The translations under genes were made by a program, and so were the position numbers. The notes beneath the pieces are model-generated. The model had not been told where the DNA came from and made no database searches. It saw only the letters and a program-made list of their open reading frames with translations. A stretch of DNA of 64,000 nt from positions 192,001 through 256,000 of the forward strand of contig JAWLHY010000004.1 in assembly GCA_041690135.1 (NCBI GenBank). Reading direction: 5' to 3'. This DNA is from Armatimonadota bacterium (GTDB lineage Bacteria > Armatimonadota > SYMT01). Shown here piece by piece: positions 1-9,782 of the stretch (position 1 is its first letter; each line of letters starts with the position of its first letter).

Positions 1-748
1 GCCAGTCCACGAGGTCGCGGAAGTGCCGCTTCATCTGGCCCGTGGAAGTCTCGCCGGAGAAGACCGTAGCGCCGCCGCGCTCGATCTCCAGGCGGATGCT
101 TAGCGGCACGTGGTCCGGCTGCTCCGATTCGAGCAAAATGACCGGACCCAGCCCGCAACACTGGCGGTAAACCTTGGCCTGCGGGAGGTAGAGCGGGTTT
201 TCGCCCTCGATGTCCCGGCTGCTCATGTCGTTGCCGATGGTGTAGCCGACGATGCGCATGGACGGGGAGATGAGCAGCGCTACCTCAGGCTCCGGCACGT
301 TCCACGTGGCGTCGCGCCGGATCCGCACGGGGGCGTTCGGGCCGGAGACGCGCCAGGGAGTCGCCTTCAGGAACAGTTCAGGGCGATCGGCGTCATACAC
401 CTGATCGTAGAAGCGAGCGCCGCCTTCCGACTCTTCCATCCGCGCGACTTTGCTGCGGAGATAGGTGACGCCGGCGGCCCACACTTCCTGGAGGTCCAGG
501 GGCGCCAGCAGGTGCGGCACGTTGGGATCGACCGGCGCGGCCAGCAGCTCGTCGAGGGCAATGCCCGGCTTCCGCGAGCACTCCCGGTAAGCCTCGCGCA
601 GCGCCAGCGCCGGGTCCGGCCACTGCAGCAGGCTCGCCAGGAAAGCGCCGCCGCTGCCGTTATCCGGCGCCAGGGGATGGACCTGCTCGAACTCCATCAG
701 CCCCCACAGCCCGCCCGTTCCGGGAAGATGGTAATGGACAAGTTTCAT
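1..748 (-). CDS. Fumarylacetoacetate hydrolase family protein (KdaD/XylX-like 2-keto-3-deoxy-pentonate dehydratase); 3' end runs off the window
   Basis: Manual translation from ATG at 748: MKLVHYH...EVWAAGVTYLRSKVARMEES...RPELFLKATP...WNVPEPEVAL...GYTIGNDMSSRDIEGENPLYLPQAKVY. Absent from the ORF track because it is open to the window edge. Confidence 0.88.
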   Translation of the reverse strand, partial: MKLVHYHLPGTGGLWGLMEFEQVHPLAPDNGSGGAFLASLLQWPDPALALREAYRECSRKPGIALDELLAAPVDPNVPHLLAPLDLQEVWAAGVTYLRSKVARMEESEGGARFYDQVYDADRPELFLKATPWRVSGPNAPVRIRRDATWNVPEPEVALLISPSMRIVGYTIGNDMSSRDIEGENPLYLPQAKVYRQCCGLGPVILLESEQPDHVPLSIRLEIERGGATVFSGETSTGQMKRHFRDLVDW

Positions 749-1265
749 GGTGCGTGTGCTTACCCGGGGATCCGACCGGGCCTCCGGGTAATTCTACTCC
801 GTACCCCACGGAGCGAACGGTGGGTAAGTTTGGAAGTAGGGAAGATGTGAGGCCCGAGTGATCCCCGACCAGCACCCTGCCCTCGCACCCGTACTGCACC
901 ACGCGCCGTAATCTCGGATCCCAACTGGAGCCGCCGTGTTGGTGCTGATCCCGTCGTGCACCATGTGTCGCCGTCCCGTCCGCCTCCCGCTGGCGCTGCA
1001 CGGTTGGCCAACGGGTGCGTAAACACGCTCTGGGGAAGGGACTGCGACCATTCCCCTACCTTCACCAGGCCGTCTTCATGGTGGGCCGACAGGTGCAGCA
1101 TCCAGTGCGGCTCTGGATGCGAGGTACCCTTCCTTGCCTACCCGGATTCCGCACGAACGTGGGCAGGGTCGGTGTCTCGCCCTTCCCCTCTTCTTCCGCG
1201 TACTTCGGGTGCCCCTTGGGCGATGTTCCGCGGGCAAAAACGGTTCCGCAATTCCGCGGTCTTGT

Positions 1266-2861
1266 TCAATTCCCCTCCGGTTCGCCCTTCCCTGCCTCGG
1301 CCGTAACCTCTCCCGGCACGATCTCCTGGAAGTAGATGCCGCCCAGGCGGAACGGCGCCAGGCCGGGATCGAAGTTCTCGAGGGTCAAGGAGATACTCTT
1401 GACGGCGGAAGTGAGAACCGGTCGCGTGAGAATGTCCGTGTCATTGACCGCCACCACCAGGTTCTTCCCGTCCCGCTTCAGGGTCAGCTTGAAGCCCTGG
1501 CGGAAAGCCGGGCTCCCAGCCGGAAGCTGTTTGCCGTCGATCAGGCGCACCTTCCCGCCTTTCGGACGGCCCTGCAGCGTCACCCAGGGGCCGCCACTGT
1601 AGATGAGATTGCCCCGGTAGAGCGCGCCGTCTTCCAGCTCCACCGTGATCCCCACTCCCTGGCGGCGCGGCGTCCAGGCGCTCCAGGGCAGCACGTTCAC
1701 GCTGGTCAAAAAGTCGTTACCGCCCGGCTGGGCGAGCGATACCGATACCGGCGAGCGCTCCCGCTCGATCTTGAACAGCTTGGCGGAGTGAACCTTCCGC
1801 GGGGGCGCCAGCACCTTGCCGACCACGGGCGGCGCCGGCTCGGCGGTTACGGGTGTGGGCGCCGGCTCCGGAAGCGGCTTCACCTTCACCGTGGCGGGAG
1901 GCGCGGGCGTCGGTTTCGCAGCCACCACCGGAGCGGGAGCATACCAGGCGGTCCCGAAGATCACCTGGCCCTGGCTCGTAGGGTTCCAGATCGGCCGCAC
2001 CCCCGTGCCGTCCGTCTTCATCACGCAAAGACGTGACGATCCGCTGCTCCCGGAAGCCGGGTCGGGCCCCATCCGGAACAGGATCTCGCGGCCGTCGGGA
2101 GACCACGACCCGAAGCCGGCATTCCGCACGTTCTCCCCCTCCGGAAGCCGCTTTGTTTCCGGGCTATTCAGGTTCAGGACATGCAACTCGGTTCCGGACG
2201 GGCTTGAGGTGGTGAAAAGCAAGCTCCGGCCGTCGGGAGACCACTCCAGCGACTGGATCTGGCCGAAGTTCTCGGGTAGGGTATGCCGGAAATTGGCCTG
2301 CGCGCTGCCGGAGGGCACCACCTGGATCTGCCAGCGATCCTTCCCGCCCTCGATGTGGGGAACCACCGCGGCGAGCCGCTTCTCGTCCGGCGACCATCGC
2401 CCGATCTGCCCCTTCGCGATCGGCTTCAGGCTTTCTTCGTTCTCACTGCCGTCGGCGCGGGCCACGTAGAGGCCGTACTCGTTCAACCGCCGCCGGGAGA
2501 AGAGGACCCGCTTGCCATCCCGCGACCACTGGGGATAGCTTCCCACCCCCAGAACCCGCGGCTTCTCGTCACTCACGCCCTGCACCAGGACCTGGTCCAA
2601 CCCCAGGTCATTAGAGGAATGATAGGCCAACGAACGCCCATCCGGCGAGAAGTCGGGCGCCCGGTCACGTCCGACGCCGGGTGAAAGCGGCTGGAGGCCG
2701 GTGCCGTCCGGATTGGCCAGGTAGATGCGCGACGCGCGTCCCTCCGGCTGTACTTCGATGGCCACCGCCAGGCGCGCGGTGGCGGCATGGGCCGCGCCTC
2801 CGAGCAGCAGTGAAACCAACAGCCCGACGGACCCGATCCTGAGACTGGTACTACCTGACAT
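1266..2861 (-). CDS. Secreted TolB-like (PD40 repeat) beta-propeller protein with Pro-rich linker and C-terminal beta domain
   Basis: ATG 2861 after AGGAGAAGG; signal peptide ending AAHA; repeated FSPDG/WSRDG/WSPDE/WSPDG motifs. Confidence 0.8.
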   Translation of the reverse strand: MSGSTSLRIGSVGLLVSLLLGGAAHAATARLAVAIEVQPEGRASRIYLANPDGTGLQPLSPGVGRDRAPDFSPDGRSLAYHSSNDLGLDQVLVQGVSDEKPRVLGVGSYPQWSRDGKRVLFSRRRLNEYGLYVARADGSENEESLKPIAKGQIGRWSPDEKRLAAVVPHIEGGKDRWQIQVVPSGSAQANFRHTLPENFGQIQSLEWSPDGRSLLFTTSSPSGTELHVLNLNSPETKRLPEGENVRNAGFGSWSPDGREILFRMGPDPASGSSGSSRLCVMKTDGTGVRPIWNPTSQGQVIFGTAWYAPAPVVAAKPTPAPPATVKVKPLPEPAPTPVTAEPAPPVVGKVLAPPRKVHSAKLFKIERERSPVSVSLAQPGGNDFLTSVNVLPWSAWTPRRQGVGITVELEDGALYRGNLIYSGGPWVTLQGRPKGGKVRLIDGKQLPAGSPAFRQGFKLTLKRDGKNLVVAVNDTDILTRPVLTSAVKSISLTLENFDPGLAPFRLGGIYFQEIVPGEVTAEAGKGEPEGN

Positions 2862-3449
2862 GGACCTTCTCCTACTCTTCCTTCCCACACGGGTCCCAAG
2901 GGTCCCAACGGACCACAACGGAACGCCCTCTAGTGGGTCACTTGTCCCACAAGCTCTGATTGTCCGCGCCCGCTCTACGCCGCGGCAGGACTGACACCTG
3001 GTGAACGGCATGAGCTTTGTCCTTGCACCTGCAGATGGAGGTTTACACCTCGGGTACCCACGAGTGGGTGTGGCGGAGGCTCCCCTACGGGCAGGCTCGT
3101 CCCCGCCGGGCCATGGACTTGCGCTCGTCTTGCCGTGTGGGATTCGGCCAATCCGGCGTATGTCAACCCGCACGGCAACGGACTACCGACTAGGCGCCGC
3201 TCAACCCCAACCCACCCGACTCCCAAAGGCGCCTCTGGGTTCCGCAACTCTGAGATGTGAATGCGTCATGAAGAGCGAGGTTACCCTCGGCTCAACCTTG
3301 AACTCTACCCACAACCGCTCCCTTTTATGCCTGGAGCCGTACAGCACCGTGCACGTGCCCTACAATATCATACACACTGCGGATATCCAAACCACACCGC
3401 GCGACAGATCGTCCTGCCATCCGGCGCCAAGAGCGCTAAAACTGATATC

Positions 3450-4850
3450 GTGACTCCCCGTTATTACGCCCTGGATTGCATTCCGACCCCGGATGGGCAG
3501 GTCCGCGTGGTGGACGTGCATGGAGGGGTGGGCGGTGGCCTGGCGACCCTGGCTGCCGCCTACGGAGGGGGCACGGCGGTACGGGCGCGCCTTAAGCCTT
3601 ACCTGGAGCGGCTGGGCGAAGTCGCGAAGGGCAAACGCATCCTTTTCATTCATGATGCGGTCTCCGCCCGCCAGCCGTTCCCGGACGATTTTTTCGAGTG
3701 GGTTCACCGGTACGCCGGTTATGGGCCGATCACCGATTGGGTTCCCGATCTCGAGTCCCACAACGGCCGCCAGCGCGATCCCGGCCGGGTGCCGGAAATC
3801 GATCAGATGGGAGCGTTTCTCGATCCCCTCGCCGGCCGGCTCAAGCTGAGGATCGGTTACTGCACCGTGGCACGGATCGATCGCCAGAACGGGCAACCGA
3901 TGGTGCTCCTCTCGGGCTATCGCGAACGCGCCCGGCGCCAGAGCACCTCCGTAATTCTCCCGCCGGAAGAAATCGGCGTGGCCGTATTCAGCGGCGCCAG
4001 CGAGCGCTTTCCCGACGACCTCCGCAGCCAAACCTGGTTTCCCGTGGTCAACCCGCCCCTGCTGGATCGGTTGCTGGAAAACAAGTGGCTGCTTTCCGCC
4101 CTGTTGGAAGGGTGTCCCGCCGAGCGCCTGCTGCCGCGCTGGCTTCCCATCGGGATGGGCTTGCGCACGGCCCAGGAGGTACGGGATTTCGCGGCAACTC
4201 TCCAGGCCCCGAACGGCTTCCCTCTCGCGGTGTTGAAACCCAGCCACACCAGCCTTTCCCCGGGCATCCGGTACCTGGACCGTACCGCCCTCAAGGCGCT
4301 GGCGGCCCGACAACCGGAAGAGCGCATTCCTGCGACGGCTCTCAAGGAGCTGCTCAATCCGCGCGTCTCCCACTCCTACGAGGAGCTGTCCGCCTACACG
4401 GGTAAGCAGATGGACAGTCTCCTGCGCACCCCCGGGGCGCGTGTGCACGACCACCGGGACGGCACCTTCCACTATTCGGCGCCTTACCCCTTCCTGGAGA
4501 CTACGGTCGCCGTCCTCCGCGAATACCTGGAATCGCAGCCGGTCCGCTCCCGCCGCACCGGCAAGTTCCACCGGGGTTCCCTGCGCGTGGTGATGCTCGG
4601 CAACGCCATCGTCGCCGCCGTCTACCGCCTCGACCAGGAGCCCGACGACGGCCGGTTCCGCGACCTCACCCGGCCGGACGTGCCGACCTTCGTCGAAGCC
4701 GCCGCTCCCGAAGACGAAGCCCATCTGCAGCAGCAGTTGACCCCCTTTGTCGAGGAGATCGACCGACAGTTCACCGCCCGCGTCCGCTCCCGCACCGACC
4801 TCACCCGTCTCCGCGACAACTGGCTGATGAGCCAGGCGGGAGTGGATTAG
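3450..4850 (+). CDS. Hypothetical protein resembling a circularly permuted ATP-grasp (glutathionylspermidine-synthetase-like motif order)
   Basis: In-frame GTG at 3450 within ORF 3261-4850; motifs YALDCIPTPDGQVRVVDVHGG, VVNPPLLDRLLENKWLL, AVLKP, REYLES, LRVVML. Confidence 0.5.
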   Translation: MTPRYYALDCIPTPDGQVRVVDVHGGVGGGLATLAAAYGGGTAVRARLKPYLERLGEVAKGKRILFIHDAVSARQPFPDDFFEWVHRYAGYGPITDWVPDLESHNGRQRDPGRVPEIDQMGAFLDPLAGRLKLRIGYCTVARIDRQNGQPMVLLSGYRERARRQSTSVILPPEEIGVAVFSGASERFPDDLRSQTWFPVVNPPLLDRLLENKWLLSALLEGCPAERLLPRWLPIGMGLRTAQEVRDFAATLQAPNGFPLAVLKPSHTSLSPGIRYLDRTALKALAARQPEERIPATALKELLNPRVSHSYEELSAYTGKQMDSLLRTPGARVHDHRDGTFHYSAPYPFLETTVAVLREYLESQPVRSRRTGKFHRGSLRVVMLGNAIVAAVYRLDQEPDDGRFRDLTRPDVPTFVEAAAPEDEAHLQQQLTPFVEEIDRQFTARVRSRTDLTRLRDNWLMSQAGVD

Positions 4851-4923
4851 GATGAGGACGAAGATAAGGATAAGGATAAAGACCGAACGGGATGAGGGAT
4901 GAGGGATGAGGGATGAGGGATGA
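4851..4923. repeat. Short tandem repeats: GATAAG-type hexamers, then (GGGATGA)x5
   Basis: Read directly: gataag gataag gataaa at 4863-4880; gggatga x5 at 4889-4923. Confidence 0.9.
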
Positions 4924-5057
4924 AGGCCCGATCCGTCCGATCCCGACTGCTCCGTCCGATACCCGAACATTCCCCCCAAAGAGGTGTCCGAATACCCGCA
5001 CACCCTCCTGCCTCAAGCGGTTCGGAATACGCATTACGCACTACGAAGTACTACCCA

Positions 5058-5702
5058 ATGCCCAACCTAGATTCCATCTCCGAAAAAGTCCGGGCGCACC
5101 TGGATGCCCGCAACGCCGCCCGGGAACGGGCGCTGCCCCTTTCCCGGGAGATCATCCGCACCTGTGCCAACACGATCCGCGCTTCCCATCGCGGCGAACT
5201 GGACCGGGCGCGGGAAATGCTCCGCGGCGCGCGAGAAGCTGTGGAGCAGTTGAACCGGCTCCTGGCGGACCATCCGGAAATCTACAGCGCCGGCTACGTG
5301 CACGACTGCCAGAAGGAGTTTGCGGAGGCTACCGCCTTCGTGGCGGTGGTCGGCGGCCAGGAACTGCCCGACCCGGATGAAGTGGGGGTGGAGTATCCGG
5401 CCTACCTCAACGGGCTGGGAGAAGCCATTGGGGAGATGCGGCGTCACTGCCTGGACATCATGCGCCAGGGCCGGCTTGCCGAGGCCGAAGCGCTCCTGGG
5501 GACCATGGACGATATCTATTACATGCTGGTGACCATGGACTATCCCGACGCCCTCACCGGAGGATTACGCCGCACGACAGACGCCGTGCGCGGTATTATT
5601 GAGAAGACCCGCGGAGAGTTGACCACGGCCCTGCGCCAGGACGAGCTCCGCGATGCGCTCCAGCGCGCGCTGGATGCCCTGCGTCCCGAGGCCCAACCGT
5701 GA
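5058..5702 (+). CDS. Translin/TRAX family (archaeal-type) RNA-binding protein or nuclease
   Basis: ARERALPLSREIIR..ANTIRASHRGE, QKEFAEA, YLNGLGEAIGEMRRHCLD and GGLRRTTD motifs. Confidence 0.8.
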   Translation: MPNLDSISEKVRAHLDARNAARERALPLSREIIRTCANTIRASHRGELDRAREMLRGAREAVEQLNRLLADHPEIYSAGYVHDCQKEFAEATAFVAVVGGQELPDPDEVGVEYPAYLNGLGEAIGEMRRHCLDIMRQGRLAEAEALLGTMDDIYYMLVTMDYPDALTGGLRRTTDAVRGIIEKTRGELTTALRQDELRDALQRALDALRPEAQP

Positions 5703-6187
5703 GCAAAAGCACCGAGATTGAGACCCTGGCCCGCCTCTTCGACCTGGCGGCCCGCTATAACCTGGAAGAATTGGAAGTCGAAGAAGGCGGCTTGAAAGTC
5801 ACGCTTCGCGCCGAGGTTCCCACCGAGGACGAGCTTGCGGAAGACTCCGGTGCGCTTCCGCGAATCTGGCGCATACCCAGAACGGGCCTGGAGCGCTGGG
5901 AACCGGTCGCCCCCGGCGAGAACGCCCGGAGCGAAACGGCGGTCCCGCTCGTGGCACCGCTCACGGGCATTTTCTATCGCTCCGAAAAACCGGAACTGCC
6001 TCCGTTCGTCGAGGTGGGCGATACCGTGGAAGAAGGGCAACACATCGGCCTCATCGAGGCGATGAAGGTCTACACGCCGATCCCCGCCGAGTGCGCGGGC
6101 ACCGTGGTGGAGATCACCGCGCAAAACGGCCGGTTGATCGAACACGGGGATCCTCTCCTGTACATCGAACCGTCGACCCCTGCCTGA
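5699..6187 (+). CDS. accB: Biotin carboxyl carrier protein of acetyl-CoA carboxylase
   Basis: APLTGIFYR...PFVEVGD...IEAMKV biotinylation motif; GTGA overlap with the upstream gene. Confidence 0.88.
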   Translation: MSKSTEIETLARLFDLAARYNLEELEVEEGGLKVTLRAEVPTEDELAEDSGALPRIWRIPRTGLERWEPVAPGENARSETAVPLVAPLTGIFYRSEKPELPPFVEVGDTVEEGQHIGLIEAMKVYTPIPAECAGTVVEITAQNGRLIEHGDPLLYIEPSTPA

Positions 6188-6382
6188 CCCTTCGGTTGAC
6201 GGTATGGCGCGCCGGTGCTAAGATGGAGCGCCTGCACTGTACGTATCCCCCACCTAACCCCGTCAGGACCCTTCCGCTGCATTTCCCACGCGGTTACCGG
6301 TTGTCTACATTCGGCTAAGCGACGCGGCTTACCGAGAATCGAGGCAGGAGGGAACCGCGTTGAAGAGAGGCCTGGAGCCTTT

Positions 6383-7384
6383 ATGAATTCGGACCGTTTG
6401 GGTGCGCTGCTGGCCCGCTTCAAGGGAAAACGCGTCCTCGTCATCGGCGATTGCATGCTGGACGAATACGTCTGGGGCCAGGTCAACCGGATCTCCCCGG
6501 AGGCCCCGGTCGCGGTGGTCGAGCAGACGGAGACAACGTATGCGGCGGGCGGCGCCAGCAATGTGGCGGTCAATGTGGTGGCGATGGAAGGGATCGCTTC
6601 CATCATCAGCGTGGTCGGCGACGATGCGATGGGCTGCCAACTCCGAGAAGAGTTGGAACGGAGCGGCGTCCGGCACGAGGGCCTGGTAGTCCGGCCGGAC
6701 CGTCCCACCACCGTCAAAACTCGCATCATGTCCCAGAGCCACCAACTGCTCCGGGTCGATCGAGAGTTGCGGACCCCCATCTCCGACGACATCGCCGCCC
6801 AACTGGTCGCTCGCGTCCAGGAGGAGCTCCCCGCCGCGGACGCCGTGCTGCTTTCCGACTACCATAAAGGGGTGCTGACGGAGACGGTCATCGCGGAGGT
6901 AGTCTCGCTGGCCCGCAAGCAGGGCAAGCCGGTCACGGCCAACCCCAAGCCTGCGAATACCGTGCTCTACCGTGGGGTCGGCTTGATCTCACTCAACCGT
7001 TCCGAAGCGGAGGCGGTCACCCGCGTCAGCCTGGCGGAACTTGCCGGGGTGGAGCAGGCAGGACAGGCACTCCTGCACCTCTGCGCTTCCGAAGCGGCCA
7101 TCATCACGCTCGGCGGCCGGGGTCTGGCCCTTTTCGAAGCCGGACAGCCGGGCCGGCATCTACCGGTGGTGCCGCTGGAAGTCTTCGACCCGTGCGGGTG
7201 TGGGGACAGCGCCATTGCCGCCGCCACGCTAGCACGCGCCGCCGGGGCCGATTGGGTGGATGCCGCCACCCTGGCCAACCTGGCGGGCAATGCGAAAGTC
7301 CGCAAGCTGGGAGTCGTCCCGGTCAACCGCAAGGAAATCGAGCAGGTGTACCGCCTCGGCAACGGCGGCGCCAAGGGGCATTGA
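6383..7384 (+). CDS. rfaE1: D-glycero-beta-D-manno-heptose-7-phosphate kinase (stand-alone HldE/RfaE domain I, PfkB family)
   Basis: VLVIGDCMLDEYVWG.VNRISPEAPV, GGASNVA, PTTVKTRI, LLSDYHKG; PfkB C-terminal motif reads DPCGCGD. Confidence 0.85.
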   Translation: MNSDRLGALLARFKGKRVLVIGDCMLDEYVWGQVNRISPEAPVAVVEQTETTYAAGGASNVAVNVVAMEGIASIISVVGDDAMGCQLREELERSGVRHEGLVVRPDRPTTVKTRIMSQSHQLLRVDRELRTPISDDIAAQLVARVQEELPAADAVLLSDYHKGVLTETVIAEVVSLARKQGKPVTANPKPANTVLYRGVGLISLNRSEAEAVTRVSLAELAGVEQAGQALLHLCASEAAIITLGGRGLALFEAGQPGRHLPVVPLEVFDPCGCGDSAIAAATLARAAGADWVDAATLANLAGNAKVRKLGVVPVNRKEIEQVYRLGNGGAKGH

Positions 7385-7388
7385 GGCT

Positions 7389-7994
7389 ATGGAGAAGATC
7401 GCGTTTTACCTGAAGGATGTCAGCAGTCTCATTGCCGAGCTGCCCGTGGCCCAACTCCAGGGGCTCGTTAACCGGCTCCTCGCCGCCTACGACGAGGACC
7501 GCCAGGTCTTTTTACTAGGCAACGGCGGCAGCGCCTCGACCTGCTCGCACATGGTCAACGATTTCCAGAAGTGCATCTATCTGGCGGGCCAGAAGACCTT
7601 CCGGTGCATGTCGCTGACCGACAACGTGGCGCTGATCACGGCCTGGGCCAATGACACGTCCTACGAGCGGGTCTTCGCCGAGCAACTCCGGCCCTGGGTC
7701 CGGCCCGGTGACCTGGTCATCTGTGTGAGCGGCAGCGGTAACTCCCCCAACGTGCTCCGCGCCGCGGAATTGGCCCGGGAGGCCGGGGCCTACACCGTGG
7801 GCCTCACCGGTTATGCCGGCGGGAAGCTGGCTCCGCTCGTCGACGAGAGCCTCATCGTGCCCTGCGACAACATGCAGCGGATCGAAGACGTACACATGGT
7901 GATCCTGCACCTCCTCTTCTGGCGGATGCTGCAGGAAGTGGAGGAGCGGGCGCAGGCCGGAAGCGAACCCGATGGAGCCGAGGTGCGTGCATGA
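7389..7994 (+). CDS. gmhA: Sedoheptulose-7-phosphate isomerase (SIS domain)
   Basis: LGNGGSAS, ITAWAND, SGSGNSPNV, IEDVH motifs. Confidence 0.85.
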   Translation: MEKIAFYLKDVSSLIAELPVAQLQGLVNRLLAAYDEDRQVFLLGNGGSASTCSHMVNDFQKCIYLAGQKTFRCMSLTDNVALITAWANDTSYERVFAEQLRPWVRPGDLVICVSGSGNSPNVLRAAELAREAGAYTVGLTGYAGGKLAPLVDESLIVPCDNMQRIEDVHMVILHLLFWRMLQEVEERAQAGSEPDGAEVRA

Positions 7995-8974
7995 TCCGGG
8001 CATCGGCGCCCGGGCGCTGTGGCCTGGTCGGCAATCCGACGGACGGGTACGGGGGCACGGTCCTTTCCAGCTCGCTCTCGGAACGGGCCACCGTGGAGAT
8101 CCTTCCCGCGGAGGATCTCCGGATCGACGTGTGCGGGTGTGAGGAGTCCATTTCTCACCGGGGAGACCTCGCCCTGAACGGCTCGTACACCGACGTGGCG
8201 AAGGCCGTCTTCACCCTGTTCGACGAGGTGGTCGCCAGCCAGCGGTTCCACCTGCGCGCCCGGACCACGATTCCGATGCACGCCGGCCTGGCAGGTTCCA
8301 CCGCGATGCTCACGGCCATTCTCGGCGCCACGCTGCGGCTGCTGGACGTGCGCCTCAACCCCTACGAGATCGCCGAAACCGTCCGCCACATCGAATTCAA
8401 CCTGATGCACTGCGTGTGTGGGTTCCAGGACCAGTACATGACGGTGTTCGGCGGAGTCAAATGCGTCGATTTCCGCGACAAAGCTCCCACCACGAGCGGA
8501 GAGCCGGTCTACTGCACGGTGGAACCCCTGGAACCCTTCCTGGGCGATCTACCGTTACTATTGGCGAGTACGGGCGTGGAGCGTCACTCCGGCACCGTCC
8601 ATCAGGGCTTCCGCGAACGCTGGATCGAAGGCGATCATGAAGTGCGGGACGGCTACCTCCGGATCGCGCGCCTGGCTCGGGAAGCCAAGAAGGCGCTGCT
8701 CGCGGGAGACTGGGAATGCGTGGGCGCCGCGATGAATGAGAACCACGCCATCCAGCGGAACCTGGGCGGCAGCGGGGAAGCGAACGAGTTGCTCATCTCC
8801 GCCGCACTCGATGCGGGAGCGCTGGGCGCCAAGCTGGCGGGAGCGGGGCACGGGGGCACCATCATCGCGGTCCACGAGGACCTCGGCTATCTCGAGCGCA
8901 GACTGCAGGAAGCGGGAGCGGCGCGCACGCTGCGGGTCGTCCCCTCCGAGGGGCTGGTGGTAGAAGGATTGTGA
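7991..8974 (+). CDS. GHMP-family sugar kinase (HddA/glucuronokinase-like)
   Basis: APGRCGLVGNPTD, PMHAGLAGS, GFQDQY, GALGAKLAGAGHGG. Confidence 0.82.
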   Translation: MIRASAPGRCGLVGNPTDGYGGTVLSSSLSERATVEILPAEDLRIDVCGCEESISHRGDLALNGSYTDVAKAVFTLFDEVVASQRFHLRARTTIPMHAGLAGSTAMLTAILGATLRLLDVRLNPYEIAETVRHIEFNLMHCVCGFQDQYMTVFGGVKCVDFRDKAPTTSGEPVYCTVEPLEPFLGDLPLLLASTGVERHSGTVHQGFRERWIEGDHEVRDGYLRIARLAREAKKALLAGDWECVGAAMNENHAIQRNLGGSGEANELLISAALDAGALGAKLAGAGHGGTIIAVHEDLGYLERRLQEAGAARTLRVVPSEGLVVEGL

Positions 8975-8999
8975 GTTTCCAGAGAGACTGACCGAGGCT

Positions 9000-9776
9000 A
9001 TGAGCGAGACCGCCGCACCGGCCCCCATCCAACTGAGCCTGATTTTCCCCTGCTACAACGAGGAGACCCGTCTCCCCGCTTCTCTCCAGCGCGTGCGCGA
9101 CTACCTGCGCGACACCGGCCTCACCTACGAGATCCTGATCGTGGACGATGGCGGCACCGATCGCACGACGGAAATCGCGCGGGCCGTGGCGGCCGAGGAC
9201 CCGCACGTGCGCGTGCTGCGCTACGAGCAGAACCAGGGAAAGGGCCATGCCGTTGCCTACGGCGCCCGGCATGCGCGGGGCCAGTGGGTGCTCTTCTCCG
9301 ACGCCGACCTCTCCACCCCCATCGAAGAGATGGAGAGATTGCTGCCCCAACTCGAGCGCGGATACGATATTGTGATCGCCTCGCGGGGCCTCAAGGAGTC
9401 GAAGCTGGTGGTGCGGCAGCCCTGGTACCGGGAGCGGGCGGGCAAGCTGATGAACTTCCTGATCCGCACGCTTTGCGGGCTGAAGTTCGCGGACACCCAG
9501 TGCGGGTTCAAGCTCTTCTCCGCACGGGCCGCGCGCGATATCTTCCCCAACCTGACGGTGAGGGGGTGGATGTTCGACGTGGAGGTGCTCGTCGTCGCGC
9601 AGAGACTGGGCTACACCACTACCGACGTGCCGGTGACCTGGCTCAACTCCGGAGAGTCGCGGGTCAAGCTCCGGCACCTTCCCCGCATCATCCGGGAATT
9701 GGTTCACATCCGGATGCACTGGTTCGGCCGCCAGCCCGCACGCCAGACGCGCGAAGAGGCGGAAGGCGTGGCCTAG
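9000..9776 (+). CDS. GT2 polyprenol-phosphate glycosyltransferase (dolichyl-phosphate glucosyltransferase-like)
   Basis: IFPCYNEE, VDDGGTD, NQGKG, FSDADLSTP, DTQCGFKLF, FDVEVL. Confidence 0.88.
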   Translation: MSETAAPAPIQLSLIFPCYNEETRLPASLQRVRDYLRDTGLTYEILIVDDGGTDRTTEIARAVAAEDPHVRVLRYEQNQGKGHAVAYGARHARGQWVLFSDADLSTPIEEMERLLPQLERGYDIVIASRGLKESKLVVRQPWYRERAGKLMNFLIRTLCGLKFADTQCGFKLFSARAARDIFPNLTVRGWMFDVEVLVVAQRLGYTTTDVPVTWLNSGESRVKLRHLPRIIRELVHIRMHWFGRQPARQTREEAEGVA

Positions 9777-9782
9777 GCTCCC

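Noticed and set aside
760-1260. Short overlapping ORFs (760-1101, 794-1051, 660-1001) between the FAH and TolB-like genes
   Set aside because: No recognisable motif or convincing RBS and weak codon bias; may be a gene remnant but cannot be supported.
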